This document shows positions 27,966 to 37,800 of a stretch of 64,000 bases of DNA, one piece after another. Source of the DNA: Patescibacteria group bacterium (GTDB lineage Bacteria; Patescibacteriota; UBA1384; 2-12-FULL-50-11); NCBI GenBank assembly GCA_038058635.1, contig JBBUAP010000001.1, positions 13,606 to 77,605 on the forward strand, given 5' to 3'. The position numbers were made by a program, and so were the translations under genes. The notes below the pieces were generated by a model, which was not told the origin of the DNA, made no database searches, and saw only the letters and a program-made list of their open reading frames with translations. The number at the start of each line of letters is the position of its first letter. The stretch's first letter is position 1.

Positions 27966-29243
27966 TTAAATTCCAAGGAATGTTTTGAAAATCTTGTCGT
28001 CTTTGTATGGGCCGATAACGGCTAGGACTTGGCGACCCTTGACTAGTAAGCGTTTTGCCAGCACCTGAATTTCTTCGGCGGTGACGGCCTGAACATTCTT
28101 TTTGGCCGTCTCAAAGTCTTCGGCCTCGCCGAGTAGTCGATCGGTGCCGTACCACATGGCCAGATCAACTGGTCGATCGGAGCTCAAATCAAACGAACCG
28201 CAGATCAAGGCCTTAGCTTTAGCTAGCTCGGCGTCGCCAACCAACTTCTCGCGCAAGATGGCGAACTCGGCGTCGAGTGCTTCGAGGGTTTGAGCGATTT
28301 TAGCGGTGTTAACGCCCCCCGAAACTGTAATTAGGCCAGTATCCTCAAATGATTGAAGGGATGAGCTGATGGAATAAGCCAGTCCCTTTTTCTCTCGGAT
28401 ATTAAGAAACAATCGCGAACTCATGCCTCGACCCAAAACGGCGTTCAAGACGATACCGGTATACTCATCTTTGGCGTGAGATGCCAAATCTTGATCAGCG
28501 ACCGCCAGCTGAAAATGGGTTTGGTCGGTTTCTTTGTGATAAAAATTCAAGCCCGTCGCACTCGGACCAATAAAGGGTTTCGGTAAAGTGACCGCTTGAG
28601 GCGTCAGCGATTCGGTCAGCTTAAGCACTTCGGTTTTGATATCTTTTTGGCCAATATCACCAACGGCGATAAAAAGTGCTTGGCCGGGGTGATAGTATTT
28701 GGCTCGGTAGTCTTCGAATTGCTGAATCGTCATTTTTTGAATGTTCTCTTCGCTACCGATAACCGACTGGCCAAGTTGGTTGTTGGGAAAGAGTATCGGT
28801 CCGAGTAGCTCGTCAACGAAACTTGATGGGTCGTCTTTCATCCGACGAATCTCTTCTATTATAACGCCGCGTTCGCGCTCTAAATCAGCCGGACGCAACA
28901 AGGCCTTAAACGCCAGTTCGAACGGCACCGTCACCCCAGTCTGCCAAGCGGCCGACGGCACAGTATTCCAGTAGGCGGTATGGTCGTTAGCCGTCCAAGC
29001 GTTGAAGTAGCCGCCGACACCCTCAATCGCTTGAGCGACAGCCAGTGTGTCGGGGTATTTGGCGGTGCCCTTAAAAACCATGTGCTCAAGGAAATGAGCG
29101 ATACCGTTGTTGGCAGCATCTTCGTAGCGACTACCGCTGCGAATAACTAAGAAATTGGTGACGGAGTGAAAGCCAGGCAGATCGACGAGCACCAGCTGGA
29201 GGCCGTTGGGTAAGGTTTGGAATTGGGGAATAAGTTTGGCCAT
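27966..29243 (-). CDS. M16-family zinc peptidase (pitrilysin/insulinase-like)
   Basis: Inverted zinc motif HFLEHMVFKGT (HxxEH). 425 aa. Confidence 0.85.
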   Translation of the reverse strand: MAKLIPQFQTLPNGLQLVLVDLPGFHSVTNFLVIRSGSRYEDAANNGIAHFLEHMVFKGTAKYPDTLAVAQAIEGVGGYFNAWTANDHTAYWNTVPSAAWQTGVTVPFELAFKALLRPADLERERGVIIEEIRRMKDDPSSFVDELLGPILFPNNQLGQSVIGSEENIQKMTIQQFEDYRAKYYHPGQALFIAVGDIGQKDIKTEVLKLTESLTPQAVTLPKPFIGPSATGLNFYHKETDQTHFQLAVADQDLASHAKDEYTGIVLNAVLGRGMSSRLFLNIREKKGLAYSISSSLQSFEDTGLITVSGGVNTAKIAQTLEALDAEFAILREKLVGDAELAKAKALICGSFDLSSDRPVDLAMWYGTDRLLGEAEDFETAKKNVQAVTAEEIQVLAKRLLVKGRQVLAVIGPYKDDKIFKTFLGI

Positions 29244-29356
29244 GGGCTTGATTGTACCTCGTCAGGAGCTTGAACGGAAGAGTCCTCTGGATACTCCAAG
29301 GGTTGGGATTTGACACCGAAATATTGGTCAGTTAGTCTGAATGTAAGGAGGGGATT

Positions 29357-30829
29357 TTGATTAGTGTACCGATCGACAGAATTGTGCCGTTAACCGACGC
29401 CCGCGACAACTTTAGTCGCCTCATTAGTGATATCGAAACCCTTTCTGACGGCTTGTACGTCCTGACCAAAGGCGGGAAACCGGCCATCGCTTTGATTAAT
29501 ATCAAGTATTTAGAGGAGATAATGGATGGCAAGATTGGTGAGAATCACGAATCACGGATCACGAATGCCGGATCAGATCATAAGCCGGAAATTAGTCGCA
29601 AAGTTCACGAGCCAATCCATCGGCCAGCGCCAGTTAAGTTACCGGAACTACCTAAACCCCCAATCGTGTCTAAACCCGACTTCGCTAAAGCTACGACGGA
29701 CAAGCCCAATTTCGAGGTGCCGCGGATTACAACAGCGCCAATCGGTCCCTCGGCTGAGATTACTTCGACTCCACTCCTCTCGACTGGGCTCCCCTCGACA
29801 CAGCTCGGGGTAAACGGGGTAAACCAGTTGCCAGGAGCTTCTTTGCCGTCAAGCAACTACGATGTTAAACCGACCATTAACCCGACCTGGACTGGTGAGG
29901 AAGCGACCGCAAAGCCGCTAGCACCTAGCAGTCTAGCTCCTAGCCAAAGCCCAACTTCTTTTGCACCGGTTCCAAAGCCAGAAGCTAGTAGCCAGTTGCC
30001 AGTTGCTCCGCCAGCTGGCGGATTGCCCCCGATTGCCCAATTAGACAAGCCCTCGCCCCTCGACTCCGCTCTGGGTAAACCTCCGCCGCCTCCGACACCA
30101 AGCAAACCGACGATCAATCCCTGGCCAATCATCCCGCCGAGGTCACCCCAAGTGACCGAGAAGGGATACGAGTCTACGACGACTGTCCCGCCGCGTCGGG
30201 ACGACGCAAGGGATACGAGCCCCGCGACTGTCCCGCCGCGACCGGTCAATACCGCCCTGCCTCTAGCCCCTAGCAGTCTAGCTCCTAGCCCATCATCTTT
30301 TACGACAGTTCCAAAGCCAGAAGCTAGTAGCCCCTCGACTGGTCTCCCCTCGACACAGCTCGGGGTAAACGGGGTAAACCCGCTGCCAGAAGCTTCATAT
30401 CCCAAGATGGTCGCTCCGCCGCCACCACCACCGCCGTCATCGCTACCAAGAATCCCTAGCAGTTTTCAAACCGTGCCAGTACCAATCAACGGCAATAAAC
30501 CCCCAACTACAGCGCCAGCTCCACTTCCCCCTCCCCCTATAACGACTGCTCCAGCACCGTTTGCTAATACATCGCCAGAAGCTCCTGTTGTCACTCCCTC
30601 GACTCCGCTCGGGACAAACCCCAAACCGGCCGATAGCATCTCCTTCGACCAGCCCCCAACGACCATTCCTGAACCAGGAGAAGATCTTCCAATGCCTTCG
30701 GCGTCTACTAGCAATCAACTTCTAGCAACTAGCACCGATTCGGTTCCTGCTCCAAAGCCAGAAGCTAGTAGCCAGTTGCCAGTTGCTCCTCCACAAGGCC
30801 AGGCGTCAGTTCAAGACTTAGAAATCTAG
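29357..30829 (+). CDS. Phd/YefM antitoxin-like N-terminal domain fused to a roughly 430-aa Pro/Ser/Ala-rich repeat region
   Basis: TTG start with AAGGAGG 7 nt upstream. N-terminus VPLTDARDNFSRLISDIETLSDGLYVLTKGGKPAIALINIKYLEEI. Three copies of the VPKPEASSQLPVAPP / TGLPSTQLGVNGVN repeat block, visible at the DNA level. Confidence 0.55.
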   Translation: MISVPIDRIVPLTDARDNFSRLISDIETLSDGLYVLTKGGKPAIALINIKYLEEIMDGKIGENHESRITNAGSDHKPEISRKVHEPIHRPAPVKLPELPKPPIVSKPDFAKATTDKPNFEVPRITTAPIGPSAEITSTPLLSTGLPSTQLGVNGVNQLPGASLPSSNYDVKPTINPTWTGEEATAKPLAPSSLAPSQSPTSFAPVPKPEASSQLPVAPPAGGLPPIAQLDKPSPLDSALGKPPPPPTPSKPTINPWPIIPPRSPQVTEKGYESTTTVPPRRDDARDTSPATVPPRPVNTALPLAPSSLAPSPSSFTTVPKPEASSPSTGLPSTQLGVNGVNPLPEASYPKMVAPPPPPPPSSLPRIPSSFQTVPVPINGNKPPTTAPAPLPPPPITTAPAPFANTSPEAPVVTPSTPLGTNPKPADSISFDQPPTTIPEPGEDLPMPSASTSNQLLATSTDSVPAPKPEASSQLPVAPPQGQASVQDLEI

Positions 30830-31413
30830 CTGTAGTGGCTGAAAAACCAGGCTGCAATCAGAGTTAATCCGGCACCAAGAATTGTGCCGGCGATAAGTTG
30901 ATTCGGCGAATGCTGTTTTAGCTGCAAGCGCGACCAAATGACCGGCAGTAAGACCAAGTACCCAAGCACAAACCAATTCCCTTGATAAACTACCAACAGA
31001 CTACTTAGGCCAGCAATGGTGGCGGCATGCAGGCTAATTTTCCAAACTGTCGTCACCACCGTCAGCGCCGCCAGCATCGTCACGAGAATGTAGCTCATCT
31101 CGGTAAAGGTGGCGTTTTGAAGTTTCGATTGAACAAGGAAACTACCGATCACCGCCCCCAGGGTTGAGAGCATCAGCGGTACAATTCGGTCGTGTCGTTC
31201 GGTCAGATCCAGGTCGACTGCCCCCTCTTTACGCCAGATATAAACGCTGTAAATAATCCCCGGCAGAACCAATAAACCGATACCGATAATGCTACCTTGC
31301 CAGAATTTTTCAAATGAATCGGTGTAACGACCGACCACCGTCACGACACTGACCGAAACCACCAGTGCTGGGTTAGTTAATAATGAAACTGTTTTAGCTA
31401 GTTTCAGGTGCAT
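30826..31413 (-). CDS. polytopic membrane protein (hypothetical)
   Basis: 5 to 6 TM helices. No diagnostic motif. Confidence 0.4.
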   Translation of the reverse strand: MHLKLAKTVSLLTNPALVVSVSVVTVVGRYTDSFEKFWQGSIIGIGLLVLPGIIYSVYIWRKEGAVDLDLTERHDRIVPLMLSTLGAVIGSFLVQSKLQNATFTEMSYILVTMLAALTVVTTVWKISLHAATIAGLSSLLVVYQGNWFVLGYLVLLPVIWSRLQLKQHSPNQLIAGTILGAGLTLIAAWFFSHYS

Positions 31414-32047
31414 TAGTTGACTGATATTTCTTTCTGCTGACTAGATTCCAAATCTTTTCGAGCAGTCTCTGTAAAGGACGATCAAGAGCAACTAATAATC
31501 CAAACCCGATCACTCCGATCAGCCAGCCACCTAGAATATCGCCAACGAAATGAAAACCGATAGCCACTCTGGCGATGCTCGATAAAACAGTTGCGACTAG
31601 AAAGATCCAGGCCCAGGTTTTTTGGCGGTAGTAAAACAGGGCGCAAGTCACAAATAGTAAGACCGCGGCGTGGTCAGATGGGAAAGCTTTTTGGGGTTGC
31701 TCCAGTAATAGCTCCTTGATGCCAGCAAAGGCAAACGGCCGATCACGAAAACCAAATTGAGTGTAAAAGAACTCACCGGCCAGCTTACTCATCACTTGCC
31801 AGGTAAAAATCGCCCCGATAAATATCTTCACCGCCACCCAACGGCTGGTTTTTTGCCAGACCAACCAAACTAAAGCGATTGGCAGTAAAAAGATCGGGTA
31901 TGAGGCAAAGATATAAGCTATCTTTTGAAGAGCGAGATTGTCTCTGGTAAAGCGGTACATTTCCTCCGTCAGATTTTGATCAACCACGATTAGTGACATA
32001 TCTGCTAAAGTATATCCGATGAAGCCAACTTGCCCAAGCAATGTCAC
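31394..32047 (-). CDS. PAP2-family phosphatase (undecaprenyl-diphosphatase-like)
   Basis: PAP2 motifs PSDHA and ARVAIGFHFVGD (SRxxxxxHxxxD-like). Membrane protein. Confidence 0.7.
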   Translation of the reverse strand: MTLLGQVGFIGYTLADMSLIVVDQNLTEEMYRFTRDNLALQKIAYIFASYPIFLLPIALVWLVWQKTSRWVAVKIFIGAIFTWQVMSKLAGEFFYTQFGFRDRPFAFAGIKELLLEQPQKAFPSDHAAVLLFVTCALFYYRQKTWAWIFLVATVLSSIARVAIGFHFVGDILGGWLIGVIGFGLLVALDRPLQRLLEKIWNLVSRKKYQSTNAPETS

Positions 32048-32085
32048 TCACAAGCTCGTTCGTCTTACTCACCAGCGTTCGTAAG

Positions 32086-33024
32086 ATGACAATCAGTCGA
32101 GCTGTTAAAGACTACCTTCGATTTCTAGCCACCGCCCGTGGCGCTTCAGCGCACACCGTTAAAAACTATCGCCACTACTTAGCTAGTTTCCAGAGCTGGG
32201 CCGAGTCGAACAGGGTGGAACATATCGAGAAGCTGACTGGCGAAGAAATCATCGACTACCAACTGGTTTTGCTTGACCCGGGCGGAGTTAAACGGAGCCG
32301 AGCGACTGTCAACTACTATTTAATCGCCCTACGATCGTTACTCAAATACTTGATTGGCCGCGATCTGGTAGTCTTACCGCCAGAAAAGGTAACTTTAAGT
32401 AAGGTGCCGGGGCGACAGGTTCACTTTTTGTCGCCAGAGGAGATGGGGGAGATGATCTCGTCAGAACCGCTTGAAAATATGTCCGACTACCGCGACCGAG
32501 CCATCATCTCTGTTTTATTTTCGACTGGCCTGCGAATTAGCGAGCTATTAGCTCTGAAGCGCAACCAAATTAATCTAGCCACCGGCGAATTTTCCGTTCG
32601 CGGTAAGGGCGGCAAAGTTCGACCGGTGTTTCTTTCTGAAAGTGCCCTTGACGCTCTCGGTGAGTATATCGATCAGCGCGCCGACACCAATCCGTTTGTC
32701 TTTGTCAGGCACCACAAAAAAAGTGCGCTCGATTCAACGAAGCTGCCGCTTTCCGGTCGAACTGTTCAGCGCTCTATTCGCGACATCGCCGCTCGAGCCG
32801 GCATTACCAAGCCAATCAGCCCCCATAAAATCCGCCATTCATTCGCCACCGATTTACTTCGCAACGGAGCCGATCTGCGCTCGGTCCAGGCCTTGCTTGG
32901 CCACTCGTCAATCACCACCACCCAAATTTATACTCATGTCACCGACAAAAGCCTGAAAGACATCCATCAGCGCTTCCACTCACCGAAAGCGAACTTGCCT
33001 CTTGATAGCGAGCAACATTCCTGA
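32086..33024 (+). CDS. tyrosine recombinase XerC/XerD family
   Basis: Core-binding domain plus catalytic LFSTGLRISEL...HKIRHSFATDLLRNGADLRSVQALLGHSSITTTQIYTHV (R..HxxR..Y). Start at MTISR inside ORF 32041..33024. Confidence 0.8.
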   Translation: MTISRAVKDYLRFLATARGASAHTVKNYRHYLASFQSWAESNRVEHIEKLTGEEIIDYQLVLLDPGGVKRSRATVNYYLIALRSLLKYLIGRDLVVLPPEKVTLSKVPGRQVHFLSPEEMGEMISSEPLENMSDYRDRAIISVLFSTGLRISELLALKRNQINLATGEFSVRGKGGKVRPVFLSESALDALGEYIDQRADTNPFVFVRHHKKSALDSTKLPLSGRTVQRSIRDIAARAGITKPISPHKIRHSFATDLLRNGADLRSVQALLGHSSITTTQIYTHVTDKSLKDIHQRFHSPKANLPLDSEQHS

Positions 33025-33040
33025 TAGAATTTTGAAAGAA

Positions 33041-33508
33041 ATGCCAACTAAGGAAAAAGAAATTGTAGAAACAGCGCCGGAAGTTGCGGAAGTAACTGCC
33101 GGTGATGTTGAAGTGGTTGAGGATCAAACATTAGAAGCTTCTGGTGCGACCGAAACCAAATCCGAGACAACAAATGCCCGGATGTATTTGCTGTCAGCTT
33201 TGGCAAAAGACGCCACCGGTGCTCTGGCCGAATTGACTGCTTTGGTCTCGACAGTTGGCTCAAGAGTTGAAAAAGCCGAAGACCTGGGTTTGAAAAAACT
33301 AGCTTTTCCAATTAATAAACATCTCGAACTATCGTTGGTATCGGTCTTTTTCAACGCCGACGCTCCAACTATAAAAGCCCTGGAAAGCGAACTTAAGCAC
33401 GCCGACACAATCGAGCGCCATCTGCTCTCCACCTGGCGAGCCGGTCTCGAAGAGCCAAAGCGCCGTCTAGCCGAACGACAGAAGCGAGAGGCAAGAGTCG
33501 ATGTTTAG
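33041..33508 (+). CDS. rpsF: 30S ribosomal protein S6 (start ambiguous; possible acidic N-terminal extension)
   Basis: S6 core KKLAFPINKHLELSLVSVFFNADAPTIKALESELKHADTIERHLL. Alternative start at the ATG at 33182 (MYLLS) gives 108 aa. No clear SD at either start. Confidence 0.65.
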   Translation: MPTKEKEIVETAPEVAEVTAGDVEVVEDQTLEASGATETKSETTNARMYLLSALAKDATGALAELTALVSTVGSRVEKAEDLGLKKLAFPINKHLELSLVSVFFNADAPTIKALESELKHADTIERHLLSTWRAGLEEPKRRLAERQKREARVDV

Positions 33509-33947
33509 TTTAAATCGCGCCACTATCGTTGGTAATCTGACTCGCGATCCAGAAACCCGAGCCATTCCGAGCGGTCAGACTGTCTGCTCTTTTGCAGTAG
33601 CCACCAATCGTCGCTGGAAAGACAAGGAAGGCAACACCAAAGAAGACACCCAGTACCACGAGGTAACCGCTTGGGGCAAGTTAGGCGAGTTAGCGGCCCA
33701 AATGCTCTCTAAGGGTAAAAAAGTTTACGTTGAAGGGCGTCTCCAGACCAATTCATGGGAAGGTACTGATGGCGCTAAACGAAGCCGGACCGAAATCGTC
33801 GCCGAGAACTTCATTCCCCTTTCACCAAAAGGCGATCTGCCAGTTAGTGATTTTGTTCCGAGTGCCAGCGACGAAAGTCCCAAAGAGAAGAAGGCCGATA
33901 AAACTGACACCGCCGAAGAAATAAACTTGGATGATATTCCTTTTTAG
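33501..33947 (+). CDS. ssb: single-stranded DNA-binding protein
   Basis: OB-fold N-terminus and the acidic C-terminal tail DDIPF. Confidence 0.9.
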   Translation: MFSLNRATIVGNLTRDPETRAIPSGQTVCSFAVATNRRWKDKEGNTKEDTQYHEVTAWGKLGELAAQMLSKGKKVYVEGRLQTNSWEGTDGAKRSRTEIVAENFIPLSPKGDLPVSDFVPSASDESPKEKKADKTDTAEEINLDDIPF

Positions 33948-33977
33948 AAATACCAATAACGAATAACGAAAAATATA

Positions 33978-34187
33978 ATGAAAAGACGAGTTGATTGTTA
34001 CTTTAAGAAAAACCGGGTGAAGGAGATCGATTATCGCGATACCCAAATGCTTAACCGCTACATCACTAGCTGGGGCAAGATTAAGTCTGCCCGTGAAACC
34101 AATACTTCTACCAAATATCAGCGTGTACTAGCGATAGCTATCAAACGCGCCCGCTACATGGGACTGCTCTCGGCCGCTAAACGCTAA
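33978..34187 (+). CDS. rpsR: 30S ribosomal protein S18
   Basis: [48 protein letters not shown]. Confidence 0.9.
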   Translation: MKRRVDCYFKKNRVKEIDYRDTQMLNRYITSWGKIKSARETNTSTKYQRVLAIAIKRARYMGLLSAAKR

Positions 34188-34189
34188 AA

Positions 34190-34741
34190 ATGCTTTCTTT
34201 AGCCCAGGTGAAGGTCGGCTCAAAGATAATGTTTCGTGATACGCCGCACGAAGTGATGAGCGCTAACCAGGTTCAAGCCGGACGGGGACAGGCCAAGCTC
34301 GACACTAAATTGCGCAATCTCTTGACCCAAGCGATTTTTGAACAAACTTTTCAGGGCAACGACAGGATTGAGGAAGCGTCTTTGCAATACAAAAATGCCA
34401 CATATCTTTACCCAGAAGGTGAGCTGGCCCAAGCGATGCTCGCCGATACCTTCGAACAAGTGCCGGTCAAACTCCCGCCCGAACGATTTAAATATTTAAA
34501 AGAAGGTCAGCCGATTGATCTCTTGTTCTGGCGTGATCAAGTAATTGATGTCCGCTCGCCGAAAAAAGTTGAACTGGAGGTCACCTACGCCGAACCAGCC
34601 GAAAAGGGCAACACCGTCAACGCCGCCCTCAAGCCGGCCACGCTGGAAACCGGCGCCACCGTCAACGTTCCTCTGTTTATAAAAACCGGCGACAAAATCA
34701 CTGTTAATACCGAGACCGGCCAGTACGACAGCCGAGCGTAG
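34190..34741 (+). CDS. efp: elongation factor P
   Basis: KIMFRDTPHEVMSANQVQAGRGQAKLDTKLRNLLT...YLYPEGE and the three-domain length (183 aa). Confidence 0.85.
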   Translation: MLSLAQVKVGSKIMFRDTPHEVMSANQVQAGRGQAKLDTKLRNLLTQAIFEQTFQGNDRIEEASLQYKNATYLYPEGELAQAMLADTFEQVPVKLPPERFKYLKEGQPIDLLFWRDQVIDVRSPKKVELEVTYAEPAEKGNTVNAALKPATLETGATVNVPLFIKTGDKITVNTETGQYDSRA

Positions 34742-34818
34742 CTCGGCAAGAATAAAGATTCTAGAATTATGAGTCAGGAAGGGATCTTGTTCCTTAATTC
34801 CTAATTCTCCTGACCTTG

Positions 34819-37800
34819 TCAGGGTACGATCTCGTACACTTTGGGGAGGGTGCCGGAGACGGAGGTGACGAGGTAACCGCGCTTGACCCCGCCGTAGTAG
34901 CCGACGACTTTGTAAGTATCGGTGGCGCCGAGGGCTTGGGCAGCGTTCAACACAAAGAGCAAGTCTTCGGCATCTGGTAATGTTGGCAGGTAGCGGGTGG
35001 CATCTGACTTACACTGGTAAAGATTGTTAAGTAACTCTGGGTCACCGTTGGCATCTTTTTTAATGTCACTTTTAGCACAGTAGCTATACCAGCCAGCTGT
35101 GGTACCCGTACTACCGCCCCGACTGCTGGCGATGGCATTTCCGACACCGACGCTGGTGGCCAAAATCGCTCCCCCTTTGTCGGTCGCGTTATTAATAGCC
35201 GTGTAGGCAACCAGGCCGGCGGATTTATCGCCATAATTCGTTGTCGCTCGACCGTAAAGCGTAGTGGCAGTACAGCCAAAGCTGAGGAGTTTGTCACAGC
35301 GGTACGGGCGGTAGCCGTCTTGATCCCAACGGCCATTAACACCAGCCCCTGACAGAGTCGGGACAGACATAATTAAACTGGCTAGAGGCGTACTTCCCTG
35401 GCTTTTAAATCTGGCACCTAAATCGCTTAAAATTGCCGTTCGGCCCCAACTCCAACCGTTATAAGGATTAGGATCGTTCGAATCAATTTGACTATTATTA
35501 CGACCCATACCACCCAACTGAGATAGTAATGGCTTTGAAGAGCAGACCGTACCAGCAGAACCATTGACTTGGCCAAGATAAGTACATACCTTGTTAGTGC
35601 CCCGATCGCTGCCCTGGAACTTCAGGGATTTATCAACGCCGCTAGGCCAGCCGGTAGCGTTGTCCTCGATGGTTTTAGTTAGAGAGACGGCGGTCGGATC
35701 GTTAGCGGCAAAGTTGTCGATAATATAGAAGCTGTTGTCGATATTATTTCCGCTATCGGGCCGGCCGAGCATTTTGGCACCGATCGAACTACCGTAGTCA
35801 GCGCTGGAAATGTCGGTTTTTTGTTTGCCTCCAAAGTAGACCAGTTTGGTTAATCCGCCGGATTTGTAGGCGACGAGTGAGCCACCAAATAGATTAGGGA
35901 TGTCGCTGGCCGAGTTGGGCGAGACATACTGGGGCGTCCAAGCGGCGTTACCAAAAGTCGGATTTGCTCCAGCGTTATCTTGTTTCCAGAGCGAGCCGTA
36001 CTGACCGAATGTCCCACCAACCATAAATAACTTACTGGCATTCTGAATGACTCTTGCCCCTGCAGTAAATATACTAGCCACCGCTCCGGCTCGTCGAGGT
36101 GAGGGGCGGTAAAGAAGGGTAGGATTTTTAGCGGAGAGGCGAATCTTCCAGGCCCCATTACCAACAACATCTTTGACCCACTCTGGAGCGTTGGTGGAAT
36201 CGTAATAATTCATTTGATGATCGGTGATAGTAACGAGACGATCGGTTCCACCAGCATTGGCAATTTGACTCGAGCTATAGCCGAACGGATGGGGAGAAGC
36301 GATCAGTTTGTCAAAGTAAATATTGAAAGTATTGTTTACAAAAGTTCGTCTTGTAACGATAAAGGTATAGGCGTTGACCGGGAAAGTCCCGGGTGGGTTA
36401 CCAGTATTAAGCCAAATCATCACCATCGCCCCGACACCCGGAACCCGACCAAGATTTGGCACGTTTTGGAGCGAGACATGATCAGAATAACCCTTGAAGG
36501 TACCTCCAATAGTCGTAGTTGTGTCAAACGACGGGGTCATAGTGACTTTGACGTTCTTTGAATCACCAGAAAGGCCGGAATCCCCTGGATAGTCCGGGTT
36601 ATGCCTCAGGCAGAGCTGTTTAGTTTCGTAGACTACACCACATGGCGAATTAGTAAACATGTCCTCAACAATGCCATGAAAAGTTTCGCGACTACCATCA
36701 CTTGTTCGTCGCTCTAGCGTTGCCCAGGCTCCAACAACAACTTTATCGGCATCATTGGGATCAATTTCCATTCGCCATTTCTTACTGTCGTCCCAGATTT
36801 TGTAAGTAATATTATTACGATCGGTGTAATCCTTATCTTTGACTGCCCCAAGGTTCACACCGCCACCTGTAATATTGCTAGTAGCAACTTGATAAGTGTA
36901 ATTCGACCGAATAACCTGAAAGTTGTAAACGCTACTAGTGGTAAAGTTGGGGTCGATTGTATTGTCCGTTGGCTGGGGCAACCAGGCGGCGCTAAGGGGC
37001 CCGGGATTAGTAGCCTTGTTCTTAAACTCTACATTCCACAAATCAGCGAAGCGTAGATTGTAGTTGATGTTTTTAGCGGCGCCTTCCCAGTATGAGGCCT
37101 TGGTTGGCGCTAGCGGTTGGAGAGCAAGGGTGGCACCGTAACGAGGCGAGGGGAAGGCGATAGCCGAATCGCTGGCAGCGATAGCACTGCCTTGATCTTG
37201 TACCACAAAGTCAGCAACGGCACTTTTGGTCTCATCGGAGACAAAATAGGCCTTACCATAAATATCGATATAGTTTATAAAGCCGGACAGGGTGTTGGTC
37301 AGACTAGTTGCGTCGTACTGCTCCAAGACAACCGAGTCTCCAACAGCGTAGCCGGTCGAGTCGCCACTCGAATCTAGTTGGCAAAAATAATGGCCAGCAT
37401 CTATGCCACCAACGCAGGTGTTGGTGGTGATCTGTCGCTTGACCACTTGGATCGCTAGAGACTTCATCGTAATCGATCCTTCAGAACCGTTATAACCGTA
37501 GACCATGAGTTCAACCATGTTGTTATTGTTGTAAACATTTTTTACTTTGCCCCAGGCGTAAAATTTACTGTCATCGGCTTTATTGCCGTACAGATAGACT
37601 TCATCGCCTTTGGCAAGCCCTGCGACGGCAGGATTAAGATAAATGAGCGAAGAAGCAGTACCATCAACCACAAGATCTTGGGATTCACCAGGTTTATTTT
37701 TTACTATCCAATTCCATCGCTCTAAGCCAGAGCGATCAGCCAGTGTTGAGGTAACACGAACGGTATAGCGTAGCCCACTCTGAATTTTCTTTGTTACGTC

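Noticed and set aside
29526-30718. Alternative-frame ORFs inside the proline-rich gene (29526..29813, 29605..29856, 29857..30405, 30443..30718, 30466..30714)
   Set aside because: They are artefacts of low-complexity GC-rich repeats. The forward frame with the Phd/YefM N-terminus and SD is the coherent one.
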